Source: Blastocladiella emersonii ATCC 22665
Lineage: Eukaryota > Fungi > Blastocladiomycota
Reading direction: 5' to 3'
Length of the DNA: 64,000 nt
NCBI GenBank assembly: GCA_025594325.1
Contig: JANHCV010000007.1
Location: forward strand, 1,953,171 to 2,017,170
The position numbers and the translations under genes are program-made. The notes under the pieces are model-generated. The model made no database searches. It saw only the letters and a program-made list of their open reading frames with translations, and was not told the origin of the DNA. The stretch's first letter is position 1. The number at the start of each line of letters is the position of its first letter. Below are positions 24,601 to 35,772 of this stretch, piece after piece.

Positions 24601-27600
24601 CCGCTCAAAGTACAGCTTCTCGGTCGGCGACCACTTGTTGACGAACTCGGGGCCATTGGCGCCGGACGCGTCGCCGAGCCCCGACGCGCCGTCGCCGTCG
24701 GCCGTGTGGCCGAGCCGGCTGCCCGCGCGGCGACCCGCGCCACTGGCGGCGCCCGCGTCGCTGCCGGTGCCGTCCTCGTGCTCCTCGAAATCGGTCTCGT
24801 CGTCGTCGTTGCCGTCCTCGAGCAGCGGGCGCGCGTACCGGCCGAGCCCCGTCGGGCCCGACGCGATGGCGCCGGCGCGGACCGACTCCTTGAGCTGCTC
24901 GGTGGCGCGCGCGTGTGAGCGGCGCTGGCGCGGCTCGTCGAGGATGAGCGCCTGGCGCGCGGCGGTCTCAGCGTCGACGACCTCGAGGTCGGCCTTGGAC
25001 GCGAGCTTGTCCCAGAAGAGCGGATCGTTGACGTCGATCTCGACGTTGTCGGTGGCGGACGCGAACGTGGCCTTGGAGAAGATGGACCCGGCGTTGGCCG
25101 AGGCGTCGTGACGGATGACCGTGGCGCGGCGCTCGAGGATCTGGTCAATGTCCTCGTCGCAGAAGGCCGACGAGTCGGCGTCGTCGAGGAAGGCGCCGTA
25201 CGCGCCCTTCTTGAGCAGCTCCTCGACCTCCTTCTTGGACAGCTTGGTCTCGTCGGCGGCGGGCGCGCCGCCCATGGCGCTGTTGGCGTCCATCTTCTGC
25301 AGGATCGCCTTCTCGAGCCCGAGCTTGAGCCCGGCGCGGTCAAACATCTCCTTCTCGTACGTGTTGCGCGTGATGAGGCGGTAGATTTGGACGGGTTTCT
25401 TCTGGCCGATGCGGTGGCACCGCGCCTGCGCCTGGAGGTCGTTTGTCGGGTTCCAGTCCGAGTCCATGATGACGGCCGTGTCGGCGGCCGTGAGGTTGAT
25501 GCCGACGCCGCCGGCGCGCGTGCACAGCAGGAACACGAACGACTCGGAGCCCTCGGCCGAGAACCGGTCGATGGCGGCCTGGCGGTCGGCGCCGCGCACG
25601 TGGCCGTCGATGCGCTCGAAAAAATACCGCTGGCCGCGCAGGTAGTCGGCGAGGATGTCGAGGCACTTGGTCATCTGCGAGAAGATGAGCACCTTGTGGC
25701 CGCCGGCCTTGAGCTTGCGCAGCAGCTTGTCGAGGAGCACGAGCTTGCCCGAGGCCTGGATCATGCACTGGTACTGGGCCTCGGCGCTGGCCGCGGCATT
25801 GGCCTCGTGCACGATCACGTCCTCGGCGCCAGCGAGCAGGTACGGGTGGATGCAGCACTTGCGCAGCTCCATGGCGACGTTGATGAGCGAGGGCAGTGCG
25901 TCGCGGCCCTTGGTGCCCTTCTTGAGCATCGAGAAGTTGCGCTCGAGGATGGCGCGGTACCACTTCTTCTGGATGTTGGTGAGCTCGACCTCGATGACCG
26001 TCTCCTCCTTGATCGGGATCGACTTTTCCACGTCCTCCTTGAGCCGGCGCAGCATGAGCGGCTTGAGCAGGAGCTGCAGCCGCTCGACATCGGCCGAGGT
26101 CTTGAGCGAGCCGTACTGGGCGAGGAACGCCTTCTCGTTGGGGAACGCGTCGGGGTCGAGGAAGTTGAGCAGCGCCCACAGCTCGTCGATCGAGTTCTGC
26201 AGCGGGGTGCCCGTGAGCAGGACGCGGTGGTCCATGGCGAAGCCCTTGAGCAGCTCCGAGATCTTGGACGACTTGTTCTTGAGCTTGTGCGCCTCGTCGA
26301 GCACGCACGCGCGCCAGAAGATGGGCCGCAGCTGCGCGGCGCCGGCCATGACCATCTCGTAGGTGGTGATGAGCACGTCGAACTTGAAGACGCCGGGCAC
26401 GGGCGCGCCGCGGGCGTCCTTCCAGTAGAACTCGGTGTCGACGATCAGGTTGCGGGCGGCGGCGTTGCCGTGGTAGACGATGGCGTTCATGTTGGTCCAG
26501 TTGCGGAACTCGCGCTCCCAGTGCGGGACCGTCGACAGCGGCGCGATGACGAGGAACGGGCCCATGACGCCGTACCGCGAGTACAGCTCGTGCAGGAAGG
26601 CGACCGACTGGACCGTCTTGCCGAGGCCCATCTCGTCGGCCATGATGGACGACTGGCCGCGGATCCAGCAATGCACGAGCCAGTTGACGCCCTCGAGCTG
26701 GTACGCACGCAGCTGGTTGCCGTTCTTGAAGTCGGGCGACTCGGTGTAGGGCACAAACGACTGGCCGGTGCCGGGCCCGGGGCGCACGACGGGGCCGGCC
26801 ATGGAGCGGCGCTTGGCGTCGTTGACGGCGCGGCGCGAGAGGAAGTCGGCGACAGCGTCGGGGTCCCACTCGTCGCAGTCCTCCTTGGCCTCCCAGGAGG
26901 CCTGGTCGTAGGCGAGGTTCTCCCACTTGACGAGGTAGTAGATGGCGGCGGACCCGTCGTGGGCCGTGGCCTCGCCCTCGTCGAGGATGCGGTCGACGCG
27001 CAGGTAGGCTGGGTTGAAGCCCTCGTCGCCCCAGTGCGAGGTGGCCACGCCGTTGGCGGCCTCGGCGGCCTGCTTGTCGAAGAAGCGCTTGATGCGCTGG
27101 CTACCGTTGGTCTGGGCCTCGATGACGCTGGTCGGGACCCACTCGCGGTGCATGTACGACAGGTTCTTGTACTTGACGAGAAACTCGTCCTGCGCGACGT
27201 GCGGTGAGTCCGGGTCGGTGGGGTCGGCGGGCGCGGTGACGGTGCGGTGGACGATGATCTTCTCGACCACGCGGCGCTCGAAGAGGGCAAAGGGGATCTG
27301 GACCGTGTCGTAGGGCACGCGCCACGAGGTACCGGGCGGGGCGTAGAAGCCCGTGGAGCGGCTGCTTGTTGAGTTGGACGCGGCCGAGGAAGATGCGGCG
27401 GCGGCGCGGCGAGACGAGGAGCTGGTGGCAGCGGCGGATGCGGGCGTGCGGCGGCCCGAGGCGGACGAGGACGAGGTGAGGTCGTCGGCGTCGTACTCGT
27501 CATCATCATCGTCGTCGTCGAGGCGGTCGCCACGCGTCATGCGGGCGCTGGCCTGGCGCGCAGCGGACCGGCGGCCGCTACTGCTACTGGCGGTGGTCGA

Positions 27601-28255
27601 GGCGGGCATGGGCGACTTGCCGGCGACACGGGAAGCCGCAGCCGCGAAGCGTGTGGTCTTGCCCGCGACGGCACCGGGGCCAGAGGCGACACGGTGGTGG
27701 TAGGGCTCGGACACGGCGTCGATCTCCTCGTCCTCGGTGGCATTGTCGTTGTCGTCGGAGAGCGACGAGAGGGCGTCGGCCTCGTTGTCCTCCTCCTCGT
27801 CGTCGGTCGAGTCGGTCGGGCGTGAGGAGCGCTTCCGCTTGGCCGACGAGCGCGGGGCCGCGGCGGCAGCGGGTCGCTTGGCGCGGTTCGCGGCGGTGCG
27901 CGAGGACGCGCGGTGTGGTGGCACGGGGAGGTCGGCGAGGACAGGATCCAGGTCCATGGGCGCGGGCGGGTGGTGGTGGGTGTAGGGGTTGGCGGCAAAG
28001 TAGCCGGCGCTGGGCGAGGCGGTTGGGAGCGGCGGGGCCGGAGCGGGAGGGTAGGCCGCGGGACTCACGACGTGGTGATGCGGGAGGTGGTGGCCGTGGA
28101 GGAGCGGCGAGGAGGCGGCGCTCGACGGGTCCGAGGCGGGCGCGCCGTAGTACGGATATTGGTGAGGATAGTCGCCGCCGGACTAGAGGTTTGGTGGGAG
28201 TTGGTGATGGTCAGCGATAGCACGGGCGCCAAGTCGGGGACAGCAAGCGCACCAT
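21676..28255 (-). CDS. CHD: Chromodomain-helicase-DNA-binding remodeler, CHD6-9/Kismet-like; join(28255..28253, 28182..21676)
   Basis: Two chromodomains (EFLVKYKNLSYMHREW; YLVKWENLAYDQASWE), SNF2 ATPase (ADEMGLGKT, VLDEAHKLKN, LTGTPLQN, SDWNPTNDLQAQARCHRIGQ), two WW..D..LL.GI.KHGY motifs. The ORF-track start is a GTG; an in-frame ATG-only exon is joined through a 70-nt GTGCGC...CTGAC...TAG intron. Confidence 0.92.
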
Positions 28256-28464
28256 GGTCGCGGAACGGTCAAGTCGCGTGCGGGGGTGCCGGCGAGGGCA
28301 CGCGAGAGGAGTGCGAGTCTAAGCGAGCGGACAAAGTGAGGACGTGTTGTTGGATGAAGATCAAGGTGTTGGGGAGCGTACCGAGCGGGCGAGCAGGCCG
28401 GTCGAGTCGAGGGCGGCGCGGGTCGCGCTTGGTGCCGCGGACAGCGAGGGCGAGGCGCACGAAC

Positions 28465-28498
28465 GCGGTGCGAGACGCGACGCGGAATCACGCCAGGT
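28465..28498. promoter_or_regulatory. 34-bp element about 210 bp upstream of the CHD start, inverted copy of 21527-21560
   Basis: 32/34 identity to the reverse complement of 21527-21560. A regulatory role is inferred only. Confidence 0.5.
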
Positions 28499-28986
28499 CA
28501 GGCGCCGGTCGGGTCAGTCTGCAAGCCGGTCAACTCTACAGCGTGGCCGAGCCGAGGGTGAGAATCCAACCCAGCGTGCATGAAGCGCCGAGCGGATCGG
28601 CCTCGAGCGAAGCGCACCGGCGGGTTCGGGAGGAGCAGAGGGCCTCTCCGTGCGGCGTGGAGGGCTCGCGCGGGAAGTAGTGCTCGCAGCGAAGACGGAC
28701 GGGACGTGGGTGCAGAGTCACCGCGGACACGGGCGGGCAGCGAAGAGCAGCCGGCGGAGGCGGTGGCCGAGGCGGCAAGCAGGGCGGCCGGAGGGTGCAC
28801 GACACTGAGGTGGGAGACTGGGCCGAGCGAGGCGCGCCGTCGTCGTGGTCGCAGAGGGAAGCGGGAAGGCCGGCGTGCGTTCGCCGTCGTGGGTCGCAGT
28901 TGCGGTCGCAGCGATGCAGGGTGGGAGATGCAGCGCAAGCTCACTCGGCAGCGGGGGAGGGGGTGGACGGCGAGCAGAGCGGGCGT

Positions 28987-29019
<33 letters not shown>

Positions 29020-30582
29020 GGGACGAGGGACGGCCGTCGTCGTCGCGGCGTGCCCGCGGCATCGCCGTGCGACGGCTCAGCTCACCCGCCGCCCTCGGCT
29101 CGCCGCCTTTTTCGCCCCGATCCGGCCGCCACGCGTCGCGCTGAACCTCAGCATCGAGCTAGAATCACTCTCCGCCGTGCCACGAGCACCGGGCGATATC
29201 CTGGTGTATTTAGGCGCCATTCCCGCGTATTGGCGGGGCATGCGGGGTATCCGGATACGGCGGCGGGCCCATGGCAACGCGGCGGGCGGGTGCGGCGTGA
29301 GGCGCGCGCACACGCCCACCGCGGCGCACGCGCTCAGGGCGACGACGGCACGGCGGGGCGGCGGCGGGCGCACGGCACCGCGTGGCGTGAAGTCGCGTGA
29401 GCGTTCCCGCCGGCGCGGCGCCCTCCCGCGCTTCTCCACGGTGACGGCGTGGCGGCGCTCGCCGGTTCCCAGAGCCGCCTCGTGCAGGATGACGCTCAGG
29501 TCGTGGCGCGCGTTGCTCCAAGTGCGAGCGAGCGGCGGCCGTCGGTGGTCGCGCTGACGGTGTGGAGGAGTCCCGTGTCCGAGCCTTGAAAAGGCCCAAG
29601 CGCTCGCGTCCGCCACTTGGTGCATCGGCCGCCTGGGGGGCACGGCGAGTGCAGCGACGATGGGTGGCGGTGCCGCTGCGTGGTGAGGTCGGCCGAGCGC
29701 GTCGCAGCTTGTCGCCGCTCCACTTGATCGCCTCACGCAGACGAGCGACGTGTTGTGAGGTTCGCTGGCCCGCGCGACCCGCCCGCGTCTGGGCAGGCGC
29801 GTCTCGCACGCCCAGCGAGCGGGCAGCGCCGGCGCGACGTCGGCTCGGGGCGTGCAACGCGCCCTCCGCGTGTCCCGCAGCGAGGTATCTCCTCCACGAA
29901 GTTGGAGCGCTTGCGTCCGCCACTCGCCGCATCCTCTCATCGCCCGCGTGGACCGAGCGTCGCGACGCTGCACAGCGCGCTGCCTCGAGCTCGGCGCGTC
30001 TCCACTCACCGACCGCGATGACTCGGCGCTAGCTCCAAGCGCGGCGCCGATGACTGTGCCGCACAAGGCGGGCCGCGGCCGGTTGTTCGCCGCGTCCCGC
30101 TCCGTCGCTTCAGCCCGCCCGCACGCGTCCAGCCCGAACGCGTCCCTGGTCGTCGTCTCCTGAGCGGCGCAACGCGTCCATCGCCCGCGGCTGCTGACCA
30201 CGGTCCCGACGGAGGCTCACGTCGGCGGCTACGCGGGGCCGCTGCAGCGACCATGGCCATGACCACGACGCGCTCCTCTCGCAGATCAGCGATGGATCGC
30301 GCAAGGGCAGGGACGGGTGGCGCTGCGCGAGCCGGGCAACCGATCGGGCTCCCGCGCGATTGCCCGCGGGAGCCGCCGTCCCCGCGCCCGTCTCCCCTCC
30401 CCCCTCCCCTCCCCTCCCTCGCCGCGATCCGCCCTCCCTCCCCTCCCTCTCGCCTGCCCGACACTCACGTATCCATGAATTCGCACCGGCCCTGAGCCCG
30501 ATCGTCGCTCCCCTTGCTCCCTGCTCGCACCGTGCCGCCGCAGCCCGACCATCCCCGCGCAACCACCACCATCACCACCGCC

Positions 30583-33500
30583 ATGGCCGGCACCTCCCCG
30601 CGCCTCCCGCCGGCCTCGCCTGCCGCACCGGCGTCGACCGCCGATCCCGTCTCCCAGATCGCCGACAACGTCGCCGTCCCGCTCGTCGCGCCGCCGCCCG
30701 CCGACGACCGCGACCGCGATCATGCACCATCAAAGTCCGTCAACAGCAGCGCCGAGTCGCTCGTCGCCAAGCGCTCGGCCCCGACCGCTGCCGCTGCCGA
30801 TTCCGGCGCCGAGTCGGTCTCGCAGTCCACGTCGCCGATGCTCGCCGCCAACATCTTCTCGCGCCTGTGCGGCCCTTCTCGCCCTTGCTCCGTCCATGAA
30901 TCGCCCCGCTCACCCCACCTCGCACCCTCCACTAGCTGGTACTCGTGGTGCACCCCGCTGATGCGCGCCGGCTACCACCACCCGCTGCAGGAATCGGACC
31001 TGCTCCCGCTCGGCGAGCCCTTCGCCGCCGACCGCGCCCTCGCCACCTTCCTCGGCCACTTCCGCACCACCCTCGCCGCGTGGCAGACCAAGGTCGGCCT
31101 GCCCACCGCGACGGACCGCAACCCCGCCCTCCACGTCCCCGCGCCGCACCGCGTCCCGCTCGCCGTCATCCTGCGCGCCCTCTACCGCTCCTTCGGCACC
31201 ATGTGGGTCGTCGCCGGCGCCCTCAAGGTCCTCGGCGACGCGACCGCCCTGCTCATCCCCGTCTGCGTCGCCCGCATCGTCGCCATCCTGTCCGATTGCC
31301 AGGCCAGCTTCGCCCCCGCTGCCGCCGCCGACCAGCCTGAGCACTACTGCAACGCCAACGCCGGCTTCGTCACCGTCGCCCTCATGTTCGCGTGCCAGCT
31401 CGTCTCGAGCGTCTCGACCAACGCCTTCTGGCACCTGTCCATGTTCACCGGTCTGCGCGTCCGCACCGCCCTCGTCACCGCCATCTTCGACAAGGCCCTC
31501 AAGCTCAGCAACGCCGCCCGCGCCGCCGAGTGGAACGTCGGCAAGGTCGTCAACCTCGTCTCCACCGACTGCTCGCGCCTCAGCGACCAGGCCGTCCCCT
31601 TCTTCCACCAGCTCTGGACCTGCCCGCTCCAGGTCACCGTCGCCATGATCCTCATGGTCAACTACATTGGCTGGGCCGCCCTCGTCGGCTTCGGCTTCCT
31701 CGCCCTCTTCGTCCCGCTCCAGGGCCGCGCCATGGCCGCCATCGCCGTCATGCGCCGCAAGTCGCAGCGCATCACCGACCGCCGCGTCAAGCTCATCAAC
31801 GAGCTGCTCCAGGGCATCAAGATCGTCAAGCTGCTCGCCTGGGAGCGGCCCTTCCTCGCCAAGGTCGAGGCCGAGCGCGAAAAGGAGCTCTACTACGTGA
31901 CCCGCGTCGCTGTGTGGAAGTCGGCCGTCGTCGGCGTCGCCATCGCCGCGCCCGCCATCGCCGCCGTCTGCGCCTTCTCGACCTACGCCGCCTTCCACCC
32001 GCTCGTCCCCTCGCTCGTCTTCGGCTCGCTCTCGCTCCTCAACCTCGCCCGCATGCCGCTGTGGCAGATCCCGCAGGCCTACGCATACCTCCTCGACGCC
32101 CAGGTCGCGCTCCGCCGCATCACCAACCTGCTCGTCGCCGCCGAGTCCGAGGCCATGCCCACCGTCACCCGCTCCGACGACCCGAACCGCCCCGCCATCG
32201 CCATTGACGCCGCGTCCTTCACGTGGGAGCTCACCGGCGCCACCGGCCCGGTCCCTCCCGCGGCGCCCAGCTCGTCCGAGAAGGAGAAACTCGGCGCGAG
32301 CGACTCGGTCGTCGCGCTCCCGCTCCCGCTCCCGCTCCCGACCTCGTCCGCCGACGACGCTGTGTTCATCCGTGACCTCGACCTGCGCATCCCCAAGGGC
32401 GCGCTCGTTAGCGTCGTTGGAAAGGTGGGCTCCGGCAAGAGCTCCCTGCTCAGCGCCATGATCGGCGAGATGGAGCGCGTCGCCGGGTCGGTCGCCATTG
32501 ACGGCCGCGTTGCGTACTGCCCGCAGATCCCCTTCATCCTCAACGACACGCTGCGCGCCAACGTGACTTTCGGCGCGCCCTTTGACGAGGCCCGCTACAA
32601 CGACGCCATCTACTACAGCGCGCTGCACCGCGACCTCGCACAGCTGCCCGGCGGCGACGCGAGCGAGGTCGGCCAGCAGGGGCTCGTCCTGTCGGGCGGC
32701 CAGCGCGCCCGCACCACCCTCGCGCGCGCCCTCTTCGCCTCGCCGTCAATTCTTCTCGCCGACGATATTTTGGCCGCCCTGGACCAACATGTGGCTGCGT
32801 TCGTCTTCCACAAGTGCCTGCGCGGCCACCTCGCCGGCACCACGCGCGTCCTTGCGACACATAATTTGGCCTATGCGGCGCAGTGCGACTTGGTCCTTTA
32901 CCTGGAAGCCGGCCGCATTGTCGAGCGCGGCACCATCGACGAGATCATGGCCCGCGGCGGGGCGGCCGCCGACCTGTTCCGCGAGTACGCGCACGGCGGC
33001 GCCCAGGACGCCGTGACCGATGCGGGCGCGTCTCACGGCGCTGATTCCGACCCGGACCTCGAGCTCGAGGGCGCGCCGTCCGCTACCGCCCCCGCCCCCG
33101 CCGCGATCGCTCCCGCCGACGAGCAGTTCAACGGCGAGGCCAAGCGCACCGGCGCCACGCTCACGTCGACGGTCGCGGCCGCCGACACCCAGCGCGGCAA
33201 GGTGACGACAACCGAGGAGCGCGAGCTCGGCGCCGTACGCGCCGAATACTACTCGCGCTACGTGGCGTATGCGGGCGGGTGGCTCGTCGCGAGCCTGCTC
33301 ATCGCGTTCGTCGCCGTGACGCAGGGCGTGCGCATCGTCAACGACATTGCCCTCGTGTGGTGGGCCAACGACACGTTCGGCTGGACGCTCGACGCGTACA
33401 TTGGGTTCTACGTCGGCCTCGGCGTGACGCAGGCCGCCATCACGGTCGCGAGCAACGTTGTGTTTGTGTACTCGGGGGTCGTCGCGTCGCGTCACCTGCA

Positions 33501-35061
33501 CCAGGCCGCGGTCCGGCGTCTCGTCTACGCGCCGCTGTCGCTGTTCGAGGGCACGCCGCTCGGCCGCATCCTGAGTCGACTCAGCAAGGACGTGGACGTG
33601 ACCGATTACCTGCTCATCGACAGCTTCCGCATGGCGCTGCGCTCGCTGACGGTGCTGCTCTCGATCGTCGGCATCATGATCAGCGCAACGCCGTTTGTCG
33701 CGATCGTGGTCGGCGTCCTGCTATTCGTGTTCTATTACGTGCAGCGCTTCTACCGCGCCACCTCGCGCGAGCTCAAGCGGCTCGAGTCGCTCTCGCGGTC
33801 GCCGCTGTACGCCGAGGTCGGCCAGGCCATGGCCTCGACGGGTCTCGCAACGATCCGCGCCTTCGGCGAGCAGGACCGGTTCCGCGCCCGCGTCGCCCGC
33901 CACATGGACCGCAACAACCGGCCCTACTTCTTGTCGTTCACGGCGGCTCGCTGGCTCGGCGTGCGCATCGAGCTGCTCGGCGCCACCGTCACGACGGCGT
34001 GCGGCCTGTTCGCCGTCCTGTTCCGCACCTCCATCTCGCCGTCGCTCGTCGGGCTCACGCTCAGCTACGCCCTGCAGATGACCATGATCCTCAACAACAA
34101 CGTGTTCCAGATCGCGGAGGGCGAGAGCCAGATGAACAGCGTCGAACGGCTCGTGTACACAGCCACCAGCTCTCCACAAGAGCGCGGGACGCCCGGCGAC
34201 GTCGCGGACCGGGCTGCGCGCGGGGAACCGCCGCTCGACCTGGTCGCGGTGCCCGCCGAGTGGCCGTCGCGCGGCGAGATCGTCATCGACAACCTGCAGC
34301 TCGCGTACGGCAACGGGATCCCGGTACTGCGCGGCCTCACGATGCGCATCCCCGCGGGCGCACGCGTCGGGGTAGTCGGCCGCACAGGTGCGGGGAAATC
34401 GTCTTTGCTATCGGCGCTCCTGCGCATGGTGGAGCCGACGGGCGGGTCCGTGGTGATCGACGGCGTCGACGTGTCGCGCGTGTCGCTGCACGACCTGCGC
34501 TCGCGCATCGCCGTGATCCCGCAGGAGCCCGTGCTGTTCGAGGGCACCGTGCGCGAGAACATTGACCGGTACGGCGAGTACGACGACGCGGCCGTGTGGG
34601 ACGTGCTCGAGCGGGCGGGCCTGCGCGACACGGTGGCGGCGCTCGACGGGCGGCTCGACGCGTACGTTGGCGAGAATGGCGAGAACTGGAGCCTCGGCGA
34701 ACGCAGCTGCCTGTGCCTCGCGCGCGCCATGCTCGTTGCCCGTCGCATCGTCTGCATGGACGAGGCGAGCGCGGCAATCGACCTGGCGACCGAGCAGACG
34801 ATCCAGGAGTCCATCCGGTCCGGGTTCAAGGACGTGACGGTCTTCATCATCGCGCACCGCCTCAACACGGTCGTCGATAACATCGACTTTGTGGCGTACC
34901 TCGAGGGCGGCCGTGTCGCCGAGTTCGCCCCGCCGCACGAGCTGCTGCAGCGTCCCGACTCGCTGTTCCGCGCGCTCGTTGACGAGACGGGGCCCGCCAG
35001 CGCTCAGGTCCTGTACCGTATGGCGGCCGAGTCGTACGCGAAACGGAGGTCGTTCGATTGA
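30583..35061 (+). CDS. ABCC/MRP-family (Yor1-like, no TMD0) ABC transporter; probable in-frame intron 30867-30935
   Basis: TMD-NBD-TMD-NBD. NBD1 GKVGSGKS, LSGGQRAR, ILLADD; NBD2 GRTGAGKS, NWSLGE, CMDEASA. ELKRLESLSRSP and RWLGVRIE motifs. Removing the 69-nt GT-AG segment gives IFSRLWYSWCTPL. Confidence 0.93.
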   Translation: MAGTSPRLPPASPAAPASTADPVSQIADNVAVPLVAPPPADDRDRDHAPSKSVNSSAESLVAKRSAPTAAAADSGAESVSQSTSPMLAANIFSRLCGPSRPCSVHESPRSPHLAPSTSWYSWCTPLMRAGYHHPLQESDLLPLGEPFAADRALATFLGHFRTTLAAWQTKVGLPTATDRNPALHVPAPHRVPLAVILRALYRSFGTMWVVAGALKVLGDATALLIPVCVARIVAILSDCQASFAPAAAADQPEHYCNANAGFVTVALMFACQLVSSVSTNAFWHLSMFTGLRVRTALVTAIFDKALKLSNAARAAEWNVGKVVNLVSTDCSRLSDQAVPFFHQLWTCPLQVTVAMILMVNYIGWAALVGFGFLALFVPLQGRAMAAIAVMRRKSQRITDRRVKLINELLQGIKIVKLLAWERPFLAKVEAEREKELYYVTRVAVWKSAVVGVAIAAPAIAAVCAFSTYAAFHPLVPSLVFGSLSLLNLARMPLWQIPQAYAYLLDAQVALRRITNLLVAAESEAMPTVTRSDDPNRPAIAIDAASFTWELTGATGPVPPAAPSSSEKEKLGASDSVVALPLPLPLPTSSADDAVFIRDLDLRIPKGALVSVVGKVGSGKSSLLSAMIGEMERVAGSVAIDGRVAYCPQIPFILNDTLRANVTFGAPFDEARYNDAIYYSALHRDLAQLPGGDASEVGQQGLVLSGGQRARTTLARALFASPSILLADDILAALDQHVAAFVFHKCLRGHLAGTTRVLATHNLAYAAQCDLVLYLEAGRIVERGTIDEIMARGGAAADLFREYAHGGAQDAVTDAGASHGADSDPDLELEGAPSATAPAPAAIAPADEQFNGEAKRTGATLTSTVAAADTQRGKVTTTEERELGAVRAEYYSRYVAYAGGWLVASLLIAFVAVTQGVRIVNDIALVWWANDTFGWTLDAYIGFYVGLGVTQAAITVASNVVFVYSGVVASRHLHQAAVRRLVYAPLSLFEGTPLGRILSRLSKDVDVTDYLLIDSFRMALRSLTVLLSIVGIMISATPFVAIVVGVLLFVFYYVQRFYRATSRELKRLESLSRSPLYAEVGQAMASTGLATIRAFGEQDRFRARVARHMDRNNRPYFLSFTAARWLGVRIELLGATVTTACGLFAVLFRTSISPSLVGLTLSYALQMTMILNNNVFQIAEGESQMNSVERLVYTATSSPQERGTPGDVADRAARGEPPLDLVAVPAEWPSRGEIVIDNLQLAYGNGIPVLRGLTMRIPAGARVGVVGRTGAGKSSLLSALLRMVEPTGGSVVIDGVDVSRVSLHDLRSRIAVIPQEPVLFEGTVRENIDRYGEYDDAAVWDVLERAGLRDTVAALDGRLDAYVGENGENWSLGERSCLCLARAMLVARRIVCMDEASAAIDLATEQTIQESIRSGFKDVTVFIIAHRLNTVVDNIDFVAYLEGGRVAEFAPPHELLQRPDSLFRALVDETGPASAQVLYRMAAESYAKRRSFD

Positions 35062-35121
35062 TTGATGGCAGTAGTGAGAAAATAGCATCTGTATCATTAT
35101 CATTCGCGGCGTCAGCGTTTC

Positions 35122-35553
35122 TCACACGAGTACGGCCGAACCGTCGGCGAAGAGCTTGGCGAGGCGCGTGACGTAAAGGGATCGCTTGTCAGGTCGGATG
35201 AGTCGCTGACTAACAAGCACGCCAAAAATGTAGACCTCGAGCAGTGCAACGGCGGGATCGACATTGTGGCGGCCAGCGCCGAGGAGCGGCATCAGCTGTT
35301 CGTACCCAACTACACGGGCGGCGACAAGGCGTGGGTGAGCGGCCGTGACCAAACGCGCAAGGCCTTCGAGCTCGGGGGACGAGGTTCGCGCGCTCGAGGC
35401 GCCGGTCGCGGCGGACGTGCGAAAACCAGCAGCTGCGCGCAAGGACGGGGCCGGCTGAGGTCGAGGCGTTTGTGTCGCGCTCGAGCCGCAGTGCGCGCTC
35501 TCGCCGACGCGCGGGGGCGGCTCGAGGTCGAGCGCGGGTTCCTCTGCTTCCAT
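35122..35553 (-). CDS. Possible small hypothetical protein, divergent from the kinase
   Basis: ATG-initiated 143-aa frame whose C-terminal half reads as globular (LLEVYIFGVLVSQRLIRPDKRSLYVTRLAKLF). No recognised motif. Confidence 0.3.
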   Translation of the reverse strand: MEAEEPALDLEPPPRVGESAHCGSSATQTPRPQPAPSLRAAAGFRTSAATGASSARTSSPELEGLARLVTAAHPRLVAARVVGYEQLMPLLGAGRHNVDPAVALLEVYIFGVLVSQRLIRPDKRSLYVTRLAKLFADGSAVLV

Positions 35554-35634
35554 TTGGGACTCGTCGTCGCAGAGCCGCACCGCAAGCGGGCAGCCCGGCG
35601 TGTCTCCCCCCCCCCCCCGACGCGCCGCGCCACT

Positions 35635-35665
35635 CACGTGACGCAGTCACGCGACGCGTTGCGCC
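35635..35665 (+). promoter_or_regulatory. CACGTG plus GACGCGTTGCGCC (MCB-like core) upstream of the kinase
   Basis: Seen about 110 bp before ATG 35773. The same 13-mer with a neighbouring CACGTG occurs at 45376-45396. Function is inferred. Confidence 0.35.
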
Positions 35666-35772
35666 GCGCGCCGCGCCGCGCAGCAAACTTGCCGCCCTCC
35701 GCCTTCGCCTTCGCCTTGGGGCCGGAGCGTCTTCGCAGCCACCTCGACTTTTTGCACTCTGCCTTACCAACC

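Noticed and set aside
28580-30500. ORFs in the CHD-ABC divergent intergenic region (e.g. 29077-30201)
   Set aside because: Low-complexity, no consistent codon bias or splice pattern.
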